DNA from: an uncultured Rivularia sp.
Lineage (GTDB): Bacteria; Cyanobacteriota; Cyanobacteriia; Cyanobacteriales; Nostocaceae
Assembly (NCBI GenBank): GCA_963665115.1
Contig: OY762007.1
Span: 1,344,001-1,408,000, forward strand
Direction: 5' to 3'
Length of the DNA: 64,000 nt
Below, in pieces: positions 31,620-41,037 of the stretch; positions within the stretch are counted from its first letter, which is position 1; each line of letters starts with the position of its first letter. Under the pieces are notes generated by a model. It was not told where the DNA came from, searched no databases, and worked only from the letters and a program-made list of their open reading frames with translations. The position numbers were made by a program, and so were the translations under genes.

Positions 31620-31970
31620 TCAAAGAGGAATTTTAGCAATTCGGTCTATCCATTATTCTGCACTACATACCGCCCAAATTAATATTAATTCTTCGATAAC
31701 AACTTCGATTGCTACTTTTCTTGAAACGATAATAACTCCCGAACTTTGATTATTAGTAATAAACTCCGCAAACTCTGATGGCATAGTTTTGCGGTCGTGA
31801 CTTATAAGAATACGTTGCTGTTGCGCTGCAATTGCTAATACTTCTGCATCTTTAACTCCTTCTAACCTAGCAGCAGTTGCAGTTTGAAAATTAATACTAG
31901 CTTCTCTTCTTAAGACTCCCGTCACAATTACTTGATTTAAATCAGCGTCAGCTTGGTAACGAATCTTCAC
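31620..31970 (-). pseudogene. DUF5615 PIN-like toxin with premature TAA at 31653-31655
   Basis: IRYQADADL, DAEVL, RILISHDRKTM; the frame continues past the stop as WIDRIAKIPL* to 31620. Confidence 0.72.
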
Positions 31971-32296
31971 GTTTCTAATTGCCCTTTCGCTGCTTTAGCT
32001 TTTATCAGCTTGTCGTACAAGTCAGGAGCGTCTTTTTGTAATGGTTGAGGCATTGTTTCAAATGCTGCTGCTTCGGCTGCTATATAAGCATCGATCTCAT
32101 CGCAGTTAGCTAGATAAAAGGCGATAGCTCCATAAACTTGTTCGAGCGTTAACAAAGGGAAAGATTGAACAATGCTTTCAGGAGATAATCCTTGTTGAAA
32201 AGCATAAACGATCGAGTCTAAGGAAATCCGAGTCCCTTCTAGCCAATAAGCATCATTTCGATACTCTACGTAAGACTTAGCAACTACAACTGACAT
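31967..32296 (-). CDS. DUF433 antitoxin
   Basis: GTRISLDSIV...SPESIVQSFPLLTLEQVYGAIAFY; 4-nt overlap with the toxin start. Confidence 0.9.
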   Translation of the reverse strand: MSVVVAKSYVEYRNDAYWLEGTRISLDSIVYAFQQGLSPESIVQSFPLLTLEQVYGAIAFYLANCDEIDAYIAAEAAAFETMPQPLQKDAPDLYDKLIKAKAAKGQLET

Positions 32297-32353
32297 GATT
32301 AATTTTGGATGTGAATCGGCTTAAATAATTGTAACTAACTGTAGCCACTGCTT

Positions 32354-32623
32354 TCTATCATCAAAGCCCCTTTATCATCTAGAACAAATAAAATTATTGG
32401 CTCCAAGGCACCTAGTATTTACTTATCTAAGCTTCAGGAAAAAGCAAAAATTACAGAGGAACGGATGGATGATATCTTGCAATCCCACGCGATAAATCCA
32501 GGTACTTTACGTTCGGATAACTTTCAAGCTTTCTTTGATTTACGGCAAGAAGCATTACTTAATCGAATTGAGACAGCTATGGGTAAAACTATTTTCAGGT
32601 CTGAATCTATGGAATTAGCTTGA
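32354..32623 (+). pseudogene. C-terminal remnant of a DUF262/GmrSD-type restriction endonuclease
   Basis: Manual translation SIIKAPLSSRTNKIIGSKAPSIYLSKLQ...MDDILQSHAINPGTLRSDNFQAFFDLRQEALLNRIETAMGK...*; in-frame stop immediately upstream and no start codon before the conserved block. Confidence 0.65.
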
Positions 32624-32827
32624 GACTCATAAACAATAACCAGCAATAAAAGTTGATATATTTTTGTTGCGATAGGTGATTATCTACTATCTTCCTTAAG
32701 GAATACAAACATACGTGAATATCAACCCCAAGATAGTGGGATGACTAACCATTTTTAGCAATCATTAGTAATTGTAAACAAGATTCATAATTCACACCCA
32801 AATTAACTTTTAGGCTATAGGCATAAG

Positions 32828-33025
32828 ATGAGTACTTTAAATAGTTCTGCTTCAAAATGTATATGCTGTAAACATTTCACGCCATTAGGTCAGCGTGGTG
32901 GTACTTGCGGACTGCTAAATAATGGTTTAGTTAAAAGCAATTGGAAAGCTTGTTCTTTTTCAAAACCGGCTTTTGATGTTTCTACAAGAGAAAATACTTT
33001 TAGTTACGCTTTATTAAGTCGCTAA
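32828..33025 (+). CDS. small Cys-rich conserved hypothetical protein
   Basis: CICCKHFTPLGQRGGTCGLL...WKAC pattern resembles a cyanobacterial hypothetical family. Confidence 0.6.
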   Translation: MSTLNSSASKCICCKHFTPLGQRGGTCGLLNNGLVKSNWKACSFSKPAFDVSTRENTFSYALLSR

Positions 33026-33256
33026 AGCTTTTTTGTAATATTTGTTTTCATGTTTTCTGCGATAATTATTTGCATTAACACCTCAAACTTTAAGTTTCTC
33101 CAAAAATTACGCACAAATAACAAAACTTTCTTGTGATAATAGGATTACTTCCATAAACTACGTGACGCTAACAATGGAACCTATTTTCGCCTCAGTCCTA
33201 ATCTTTTTAAAATAAGTAAGCAAAAGCTTGCATATAAAGCCGCCATGATAGTAATA

Positions 33257-33358
33257 TTGTCTGTCGGCTGTCTAATTCCTGCTCGGATCAGGTAGGCACG
33301 TTGTAAAAGCTGGGTATAACGATTCTAAAAGTTTGAAGCCAGCTACCTGTACGGCAAT
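33257..33358 (+). promoter_or_regulatory. candidate structured 5' leader of rplU-rpmA
   Basis: CAGGTAG(33289-95)/CTACCTG(33343-49) and AGCTGG(33308-13)/CCAGCT(33339-44) stems; upstream TTGCAT-N18-TAATAT. Confidence 0.35.
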
Positions 33359-33373
33359 TTTAAGGATAAATAA

Positions 33374-33784
33374 ATGAGTTACGCAATTATTGAAACTGGC
33401 GGAAAGCAACTTAAAGTTGAGCCAGGTCGCTTTTACGATATAGAATTACTGCACAACGAACCGGATGAGAAAATTACTATAGATTCAGTTTTATTCGTGC
33501 AGCACGATGGTGAAGTTAGTATTGGACAGCCGTTAGTCTCCGGAGCAACTGTAGAAGGAACGGTGATGCGGCACTATAGAGGGCGCAAAGTCTTGGTATA
33601 CAAGATGAAGCCGAAAAAGAAAACCCGTAAAAAGCGCGGTCATCGTCAAGAAATCACTCGCTTAATGATTGATTCAATCAGCATGAATGGTTCGGCGATC
33701 GCCACAAAACCTGAGAGTACTGCTAGCAATGATGCTGAAGATGCACCTGCACAAGCCGTAACTGCTGAAGTCGTTGCAGAATAG
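33374..33784 (+). CDS. rplU: 50S ribosomal protein L21
   Basis: [31 protein letters not shown]. Confidence 0.98.
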   Translation: MSYAIIETGGKQLKVEPGRFYDIELLHNEPDEKITIDSVLFVQHDGEVSIGQPLVSGATVEGTVMRHYRGRKVLVYKMKPKKKTRKKRGHRQEITRLMIDSISMNGSAIATKPESTASNDAEDAPAQAVTAEVVAE

Positions 33785-33902
33785 AATAATGGGAATTGGG
33801 CATTGGGCATTGGGCATAGGAATTATGAATTCATTTCTCACCTTTAACCTTTGACCTTTAACCTTTAACCTTTTTATCGTCAATTATCAAAAGGAGAACA
33901 AC

Positions 33903-34190
33903 ATGGCTCATAAGAAAGGAACGGGTAGTACTCGCAACGGACGCGACTCAAATGCTCAACGGCTTGGCGTAAAGCGCTATGGTGGTCAAAGTGTTCGCGC
34001 TGGAAATATTTTGATACGTCAGCGCGGTACTAAGTATCACCCCGGTAACAACGTTGGTATCGGTAAGGATGATACTTTGTTTGCTTTGATAGACGGCGTT
34101 GTAACTTTTGAAAGAAAGGGCAAGAGCCGCAAGAAAGTTAGCGTTTACACTGGCGCTACTGAGGCAGAGCCAGCAGCTGTTGCTTCTTAA
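33903..34190 (+). CDS. rpmA: 50S ribosomal protein L27
   Basis: [24 protein letters not shown]. Confidence 0.99.
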   Translation: MAHKKGTGSTRNGRDSNAQRLGVKRYGGQSVRAGNILIRQRGTKYHPGNNVGIGKDDTLFALIDGVVTFERKGKSRKKVSVYTGATEAEPAAVAS

Positions 34191-34204
34191 GTAATATTTG
34201 AATC

Positions 34205-34299
34205 GGACGGGCAAGGATGTCCCGCAGTCGCACTCTGCGAGAAAGCCTCCGGCTCACATGGGGGAAACCCCCAGGACCGCGCTGCTCTCCATCCCACAA
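34205..34299. mobile_element. GC-rich nested small palindromic repeat elements
   Basis: Outer GGACGGGCAAGGATGTCC...CATCCCACAA interrupted by a GGGGGAAACCCCC hairpin element, itself interrupted by a 22-bp segment. Confidence 0.5.
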
Positions 34300-34344
34300 A
34301 ATGTTTAACGATTGTAAGACGGGTACATTACTCGTCTTATTTTT

Positions 34345-34402
34345 TATGCCCAATGCCCAATGCCCAATTCCCAATGCCCAATGCCCAATGCCCAATGCCC
34401 AT
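34345..34402. repeat. STRR array (TGCCCAA)n
   Basis: About 8 tandem heptamers; inverse of the GGGCATT array at 33790-33820. Confidence 0.9.
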
Positions 34403-34406
34403 TCGA

Positions 34407-34835
34407 TCAAATCAACTGATTCAATAAAAATCCCAACATCAAGCCTGCAATGGAAAACACGGAAGTAAAGAAAAAGGCTTGTGTTTCTTTCATTCCCGCT
34501 AATTGAAAATCTAGTCTTACTAAAATAGTTGCGCTAATAATTAACATAATATCGAGAAATATTCGGAATTCAGCAAAAACAAGAAAGAATAAGAAAGCAC
34601 CTAAAACCGCGAACCCAAAAGATTTAAGCTTTGTGTTAAATAAAACGCGAACATACTTAACGGTTTTTGACCAAGGGCTAGTTATGCCTGCAACCAGAAT
34701 TAATATGCTAATGACAATTAGTAACCATGCAAAATTTGGCAGATTCTCTTGAGATAATATCCACCCAAATACACTGTATGTAAGTAATACAACTGCAAGG
34801 GAAACCCAAGGAAGTTTTTTAATGATAGATACCAT
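34407..34835 (-). CDS. hypothetical membrane protein
   Basis: 4-5 TM segments; LPWVSLA..LLTY..FGW and LVRLDFQ motifs. Confidence 0.7.
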   Translation of the reverse strand: MVSIIKKLPWVSLAVVLLTYSVFGWILSQENLPNFAWLLIVISILILVAGITSPWSKTVKYVRVLFNTKLKSFGFAVLGAFLFFLVFAEFRIFLDIMLIISATILVRLDFQLAGMKETQAFFFTSVFSIAGLMLGFLLNQLI

Positions 34836-35186
34836 AATTGATTGCGCCTCACCTGCAATAATAGTAAATGTATCTGGTATTAAAGGTAATAGAGCAGACG
34901 TAGTTTCATTAGTAATTACACTTAAACCTATTTTCAGCGTTTAATAAGACTTTTGCCTGAGAAATTGCCCCTGAAAGATTGACAAATTATTTTACCGTAT
35001 TCTTTTTTTCTACGATGCCGTAGAGTATAATTCTATCTTTAATATTTAAAGAAGAACGCGAACAGATATTTTGCCCTAATTATGGGTAAAATAAGATTTT
35101 GTTAAAATTTATTTCAATAATACTTAAACATTTGTAAACTGATGTCAGCTAGGTTGCGGTTTATCATATCTTGTTAAGGGATTATC

Positions 35187-36104
35187 ATGAGACAATCTGT
35201 TATTGCGGAGCGCGTCTGCCTTATAAGTCATATTTTGGCTAAGGTTTTTGGGCTTATAGGTATTATGTTGGTCATACCTAACGCTAAAATGATTTTGAAT
35301 TTTGGAGATGTTGGACAAACAGCCATGCAGCTGAGTATGGCTAATGGTGGTGTTGTAGATATTATTTTTGGAATAATAGCTGTTTCTATTTATGCTTGTA
35401 GAGTTTTGGGATGGAAGACTTGGTTGGGTTTTCTAGTTCCTTCTGTTTTGGTATCGGTAGGAAGTGAATTACTCGGAACTAGTACTGGTTTTCCTTTTGG
35501 TGATTACAGCTATCTCAGCGGCTTAGGTTATAAAATTGGCGGTTTAGTTCCGTTTACAATACCTTTATCCTGGTTTTATGTCGGTTTGTCAGCTTACTTA
35601 ATTGCAAGAAGTGGTTTAAAGGTAGCCGAAAAACCAACTTTGATACGCCATATTGGTGCGATCGCAATTGGTGCTTTACTCTTCACAAGTTGGGATTTTG
35701 CTCTCGAACCAGCTATGAGTCAAACTGCTTTTCCTTTCTGGTACTGGGAAACTCCGGGAGATTTCTTTGGAACACCTTACCGTAACTATGCTGGTTGGTT
35801 TGGCACTAGCGCTCTATTTATGAGTTTAGCGGCTTTGATATGGAGTCCGAAGCCGATTAAATTATGGCGCAGTCAACTAGTTTTACCTCTGATTGTTTAT
35901 TTAAGTAACTTTGTTTTCGCTGCTGGACTAAGTTTGGGAGACGGTTTTGTCGTTCCAGTTTCTTTCGGTTTAATTCTAGGTGTTATTCCGGCTGTAGTTT
36001 TATGGTTAAAAAGTCCTAATGCACCAGCGTCTTATGCTGAGGATGGTGTAGAAAATGCAGCGAATGAAGTTGCAGTTGCTTCTCTCAAAGTTGCTGTAAA
36101 GTAA
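35187..36104 (+). CDS. cruF: gamma-carotene 1'-hydroxylase CruF
   Basis: SELLGTSTGFPFGDYSY, VPFTIPLSWFY, WDFALEPAM, FFGTPYRNYAGW; adjacent to cruG. Confidence 0.9.
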   Translation: MRQSVIAERVCLISHILAKVFGLIGIMLVIPNAKMILNFGDVGQTAMQLSMANGGVVDIIFGIIAVSIYACRVLGWKTWLGFLVPSVLVSVGSELLGTSTGFPFGDYSYLSGLGYKIGGLVPFTIPLSWFYVGLSAYLIARSGLKVAEKPTLIRHIGAIAIGALLFTSWDFALEPAMSQTAFPFWYWETPGDFFGTPYRNYAGWFGTSALFMSLAALIWSPKPIKLWRSQLVLPLIVYLSNFVFAAGLSLGDGFVVPVSFGLILGVIPAVVLWLKSPNAPASYAEDGVENAANEVAVASLKVAVK

Positions 36105-36126
36105 CGATTCAATAAAGTGGTTAATA

Positions 36127-37324
36127 ATGCAGGAGCTTTTAAGCGGTATCTCGCTTTTTATTTTACTTATTCAGGTACCAGCAGTTTTTGTTCTGCTGTC
36201 GCGTTTACTAAAAGGGCCATTTCGTCAACCTCCGATTCAACCTCAAAGTCCAACACCGGAACTTTTAGGGAATGTGAGCGTAGTGGTTCCGACTCTTAAT
36301 GAAGCCGAACGTATTAGCCCTTTATTAACTGGTTTAAGCAGACAAAGTTATGAAGTGCGGGAAGTTATCGTTGTAGATAGCAATTCCCAAGATGGTACCC
36401 GCGACTTGGTAAAAGCAACGGCCCCAAAAAGATCCGCGCTTTCGCTTGATAACCGACGAACCTTTACCCAAAGATTGGGTAGGTCGTCCTTGGGCTTTAC
36501 ATAGTGGTTTTTTACAAACTTCTCCTAAAAGTGAATGGTTTTTGGGAATGGATGCAGATACTCAACCCGATCCCGGTTTAGTTGCTGGTTTAGTAAATCG
36601 TGCCTCTGCGGGCAATTACGATCTAGTTTCCCTATCTCCTCAATTTATTCTTAAATATCCCGGTGAATCTTTGCTTCAACCGGCGCTGTTAATGACGCTA
36701 CTTTATCGGTTCGATCCTGCTGGGGTAAACACACAGACATCAGAGCGTGTAATGGCGAACGGGCAATGTTTTCTGTGTCGTCGTTCTGTTTTAGAAAGCG
36801 TAAATGGTTATACCAACGCCAAAAGTTCATTTTGCGATGATGTCACCTTGGCAAGAAAGATCGCTGTAAGTGGCTTTAAAGTCGGTTTCTTAGACGGAGC
36901 AAAAGTGCTGAAAGTACGAATGTACGAAGGTGCTGCGGAAACCTGGAAAGAATGGGGAAGAAGCCTCGATCTCAAAGACGCATCCTCTCGCGCTCAAACT
37001 TGGGGAGACTTATGGTTACTAGCATCAGTACAGGGTTTACCTTTAGTAATAGTGTTGTCATTATTACTTCTTTCTCCCCATCCCCTTGTCTCCCCTTCCC
37101 CCAATCTCTTCTCCCCCCCTCTGATTCTCCTATCGCTAAACCTATTTTTACTATTGATTCGTTCAATGATGCTTCTAGCAATAGCAGCTTCCTACGATTT
37201 CACCCAAACCAAAGGGGGCTGGCTATTTTGGCTTTCACCGATAGCAGACCCCTTAGCAGTTTTACGAATTTTTCTATCAGCCTCCCGCACTCCACGACAA
37301 TGGCGAGGACGGGAGTATAGTTGA
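36127..37324 (+). CDS. cruG: carotenoid 2'-O-glycosyltransferase CruG, GT2 (+1 frameshift at ~36422-36430)
   Basis: VVVPTLNEAERI, VVDSNSQDGT in the first frame; WVGRPWAL, DADT, ANGQC, CDDVTLAR, RMYEG in the second. Confidence 0.88.
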
Positions 37325-37516
37325 GGTAGAGAAAAGGGATGGGGAGAAAGGGGGATGGGGAGAAAATTTAAAGTAATGAGTAGTGAGTAGTAAGTAGCGA
37401 ATACTTGTTTACTCAGAGCCTTTTTAGAATAAACATCATCATAAAGGCATTTTACTTGCTACTTACTACTCGCTACTCTCAACTCCTAACTCTCAACTCT
37501 CAACTCCTAACTCTTT

Positions 37517-38437
37517 TTACTCTCCTTCTTCATCCTCAATTTTATCAGCACGTTCGAGTTCCCAAAGTATTTGATTACCTTCGCGACGTACTCGTGAAAC
37601 TATCCAGTTTCTCCAGCGCCATTGGTCGCCGCGACTGGTAACAGCACTAGCGTGGACGTTCATTAAGTCCGCTAGTTCCGAACTAGTGATTAAGTAACCT
37701 TTTTCGGCTATTTCGTCAGCAATGCGAAGAGTTTCAACTAAACTGCGGAGTTGCGATACTCTTGTTTCGCGTGGTAAGTCTTCGTTTTGCAAAGTAGCAG
37801 AAGCGCTAGATGATTCCATAGTGTTCGTATTGTTTGTGTCCGATTCAAGACTACTATTATGTATCTTTTTGTTAATAACGGGTGGCGTAATGTGTGAGTT
37901 AGATGTAGATGATACCTCAACTTCGGCTTTTTGTGCGAAATTAGCATCACTGATATTTATATCCAGCATCCGCTTTAGTGATGGTATTTTCCCTGAAGCA
38001 AAACCACGGGCGATAGTGTCGCAACGTTCGTTACCTATATTACCAGCGTGACCGCGAACGTGCTGCCATTTAATTTGTTGATTATTAAGATTATCAAGAA
38101 TTTCCAATAAATCTTGGTTAAGTACGGGTTTTCCATCAGATTTCTTCCAACCTTTACGTTTCCATCCTTTTACCCACTTCGTGACGCAATTAATCAGATA
38201 TTCGCTGTCGGTGTAAAGAGTGATGGGTTTATTTTGTCCGGAAGACTCTAGAAATTCTAAAGCCGCGATCGCAGCTTGCATTTCCATTCTGTTGTTTGTG
38301 GTTTTTTTTGATGCATCACCAAGTTCGTGGACTGAACCATCATCGAAGTAAATAACAGTACCCCAACCACCAGGTCCTGGATTGCCGGTACAAGCTCCAT
38401 CGGTATATATACTTTGAATTGTAGGTTGAGAAGACAT
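37517..38437 (-). CDS. rnhA: ribonuclease HI with C-terminal extension
   Basis: IYTDGACTGNPGPGGWG, TTNNRME, YTDSEY, HVRGHAGNIGNERCD. Confidence 0.93.
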   Translation of the reverse strand: MSSQPTIQSIYTDGACTGNPGPGGWGTVIYFDDGSVHELGDASKKTTNNRMEMQAAIAALEFLESSGQNKPITLYTDSEYLINCVTKWVKGWKRKGWKKSDGKPVLNQDLLEILDNLNNQQIKWQHVRGHAGNIGNERCDTIARGFASGKIPSLKRMLDINISDANFAQKAEVEVSSTSNSHITPPVINKKIHNSSLESDTNNTNTMESSSASATLQNEDLPRETRVSQLRSLVETLRIADEIAEKGYLITSSELADLMNVHASAVTSRGDQWRWRNWIVSRVRREGNQILWELERADKIEDEEGE

Positions 38438-38802
38438 AGTTAATAATTTAACTCGTGCAAATACGAGGACATAACTACGACACGGTTAATGATGTTGTAG
38501 CAAATATCCGTTGCAAAAAGAGGAAAAACCCTTAAGTTGCAACGAGTTATAAACGTTATCACGTTTGGGCGCAAGGTTGTAAAAAGAAAATAATATTTAA
38601 TGATTTATTAATTTTGTGTGTAATTTATTTTTGGATTGTTTTTAGATTACTTGCAGCGCAAATTGTGAAATTAGGATAGGTTAATCACAAGAAATATTGA
38701 CAAAACCGGCTTTCGTACTTATTAGAGAAATATTCCCAGTATCTTTGAGATACCGGGTTTCTAAGTTGTTCGTTAAACAATGAAAACTTTATAAATAATC
38801 AG

Positions 38803-39258
38803 TTACTTATAATTCTTTCCCACATCCTGAATAAATTGCTGCCAAGTTTCATTAGGAATCCAAATTTGATGTAAATCTTTTTTCGCTACCTCATCACCGA
38901 TATCCTGAGAGCGGCGGTAAAGATATATGAAAGCAGATACGCGCTTATTTGCTGCACAATGAACAAAAACTTTTTGATCGACGTTTGTTTTCATTACTTG
39001 AATAAATTCTTGTAACTTATCTTTCGTAGGATTTTCCCAAATTACGGGTATATGAATGTATTGCATCCCCTCAGCTTCAACAATCTCTTTTTCATTACGT
39101 AAAGCATTAGAAGAATCTTTTAACGCTAAATTGACAACAACTTGATATCCTGCTTCTTTTATATGAGAAAACTGTTCCGCTGATGGTTGTCCGGCGGTAG
39201 CAATTTTATCTGATATTTTTAAGTAGTTGTAAATATTTTCTAGACAATTATGAGACAT
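38803..39258 (-). CDS. protein tyrosine phosphatase-like (DUF442/Blh-like) protein
   Basis: ATAGQP, VVNLA, YIHIPV, VFVHCAANKRVS (CX5R). Confidence 0.85.
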   Translation of the reverse strand: MSHNCLENIYNYLKISDKIATAGQPSAEQFSHIKEAGYQVVVNLALKDSSNALRNEKEIVEAEGMQYIHIPVIWENPTKDKLQEFIQVMKTNVDQKVFVHCAANKRVSAFIYLYRRSQDIGDEVAKKDLHQIWIPNETWQQFIQDVGKNYK

Positions 39259-39385
39259 TTTAATTTATGCTTAATCGATGCGCGACTATTTTACAATAAA
39301 GTCCAAGTTTGCAGCACGATTAACAATTTAGGGGAGAGTAATTAAACCTATAATGGCAGATTGGCAGTTGATGATTGAAAATTAA

Positions 39386-40276
39386 TTAAACCGTAGATTC
39401 TGCTAAGGTTTGAAAGTCGAATTTTTTAAGCATTTCTAAAAATCTAAAAACCGCTGGTACGTGAAGGGTATTTGATAAAACTGCGATTCCGATCGCTCTT
39501 GCAAAAGGTGTTGGTAAACTGCATACCCGTATATTTTGAGGTATTGGTAAGGCTGCTAAACGGGGAATAATTGCTGCTGCTAATCCTTGATTTACCATAC
39601 TTACAACGGTTGAGTCTTCTTGGATATCGCTAACAGTATTTAAAGAAGGTGCTACTAATTTCAAATGCGCGTGAAGAATACCACCGCAGGGTAAAGCAGG
39701 AAGCATAATTTGTTGATATTCAGCTAAGTCTTCCCAGGTAATTTGACGATTTATTTGGGCATTTGGGGGAAATAAGACAATATATTCGTCGTTCAAAATA
39801 TTCCACGCTTCAAATTCATCGCTAGTAGGTATATAAGTAGTACCAATATCAGCACGCCCTTCACGCAAACAATTTTCTATATCAACATAGTGGGGACGTT
39901 CTACAATAGTTACACCAACTTCTGGAAATTGTTGGTGAAACTGAGAAATTGCTTTGGGTAACAAATGAGTTGCGACGCTGCGGAAACAAGCAATTCGTAC
40001 ATTCCCGCCACGTAAACCTTTATGTCGGTTTGCTTCTTTCTGCATCATTTCTATATTTTGTAGCGCTTGGCGGGCATAGTATAAAATTCGCTCTCCAGCA
40101 GGTGTTAATACGGCACCATGTCGCCCTCTAGAAAATAAAGGTACGCCTAAATCTGTTTCTAAGGTAGCTATAGCATGACTAATCGCTGGTTGAGTAAGTT
40201 GTAATTCCAGAGCCGCTTCACTAAAGTTGCCATAATCTGCTATTGCAACAATGGCTCGCAATTGAGAAATTTTCAT
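39386..40276 (-). CDS. LysR family transcriptional regulator
   Basis: NFSEAALELQLTQPAISHAIATLETDLGVPLFSR HTH; divergent from DUF3291. Confidence 0.94.
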   Translation of the reverse strand: MKISQLRAIVAIADYGNFSEAALELQLTQPAISHAIATLETDLGVPLFSRGRHGAVLTPAGERILYYARQALQNIEMMQKEANRHKGLRGGNVRIACFRSVATHLLPKAISQFHQQFPEVGVTIVERPHYVDIENCLREGRADIGTTYIPTSDEFEAWNILNDEYIVLFPPNAQINRQITWEDLAEYQQIMLPALPCGGILHAHLKLVAPSLNTVSDIQEDSTVVSMVNQGLAAAIIPRLAALPIPQNIRVCSLPTPFARAIGIAVLSNTLHVPAVFRFLEMLKKFDFQTLAESTV

Positions 40277-40421
40277 ATGCAGAGTATCAATAATTTTTAT
40301 ATCTATAAATAGCTTTTATAAAAACTATAGAAGCAGTTATTTGATTGTCAAGTTTGAATCGTAGATGATGAGATAGCAGAATTCAAAAACTACAGTTCAA
40401 ATCGGGTTAACTCATAAATTC

Positions 40422-40892
40422 ATGACAAGCAAATCTCATCACTTGTCTCAGGTTAATATTTCTCGCATGATTGCTCCGCTTAGCAGTCCAATTATGGCTG
40501 ATTTTGTAGCGGAATTAGATTCAATTAATAAGTTAGCAGACGAGGCAACGGGATTTGTATGGCGTTTGCAAACTGAAGAAGGAAATGCAACAAGTATTAG
40601 CGCATATGATGATGAATTAATACTTTTCAATTTATCAGTTTGGGAATCAATAGATGTTTTGAAGCAATTTGTTTATCGCAGTCAACATGGAAAAGTAATG
40701 CGCGATCGACAAAAGTGGTTTCGTAAATCGGAAGGAAAAAATATGGCGTTATGGTGGGTTCATTCAGGAGATATACCTACAGTTGATGAAGCAAAAAAGC
40801 GCTTGCAACATCTTAATGATTATGGTGAAAGTGAATATGCTTTTTCATTCAAAAATCAGCTTTTTACTAAGGAAGCAATCAGTGTCAATTAA
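40422..40892 (+). CDS. DUF3291 domain protein
   Basis: HLSQVNI, INKLADEATGFVWRLQ, NLSVWES, ALWWV, PTVDEAKKRL. Confidence 0.88.
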   Translation: MTSKSHHLSQVNISRMIAPLSSPIMADFVAELDSINKLADEATGFVWRLQTEEGNATSISAYDDELILFNLSVWESIDVLKQFVYRSQHGKVMRDRQKWFRKSEGKNMALWWVHSGDIPTVDEAKKRLQHLNDYGESEYAFSFKNQLFTKEAISVN

Positions 40893-41037
40893 AATATCTA
40901 CTTATCATCCTCAGTATCAAGCTCAAGTTGTCGATTTAATTTTGAAAATACAGCAGCAAGAGTTTGGTGTTTCGATAACTCTTGAGGAACAACCGGATTT
41001 ATTGAAAATTTCTGATTTTTATCAACAGGGTAACTTT
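40882..41037 (+). pseudogene. N-terminal fragment of a GNAT acetyltransferase
   Basis: GTG start overlapping the DUF3291 stop; (M)[51 protein letters not shown], then runs into the antisense ABM gene. Confidence 0.6.

Noticed and set aside
33674..34468. ORFs 33674-33883, 33948-34214, 34156-34410 and 34217-34468
   Set aside because: Antisense to ribosomal genes or translations of STRR heptamers (WALGIGH, PNAQCP).
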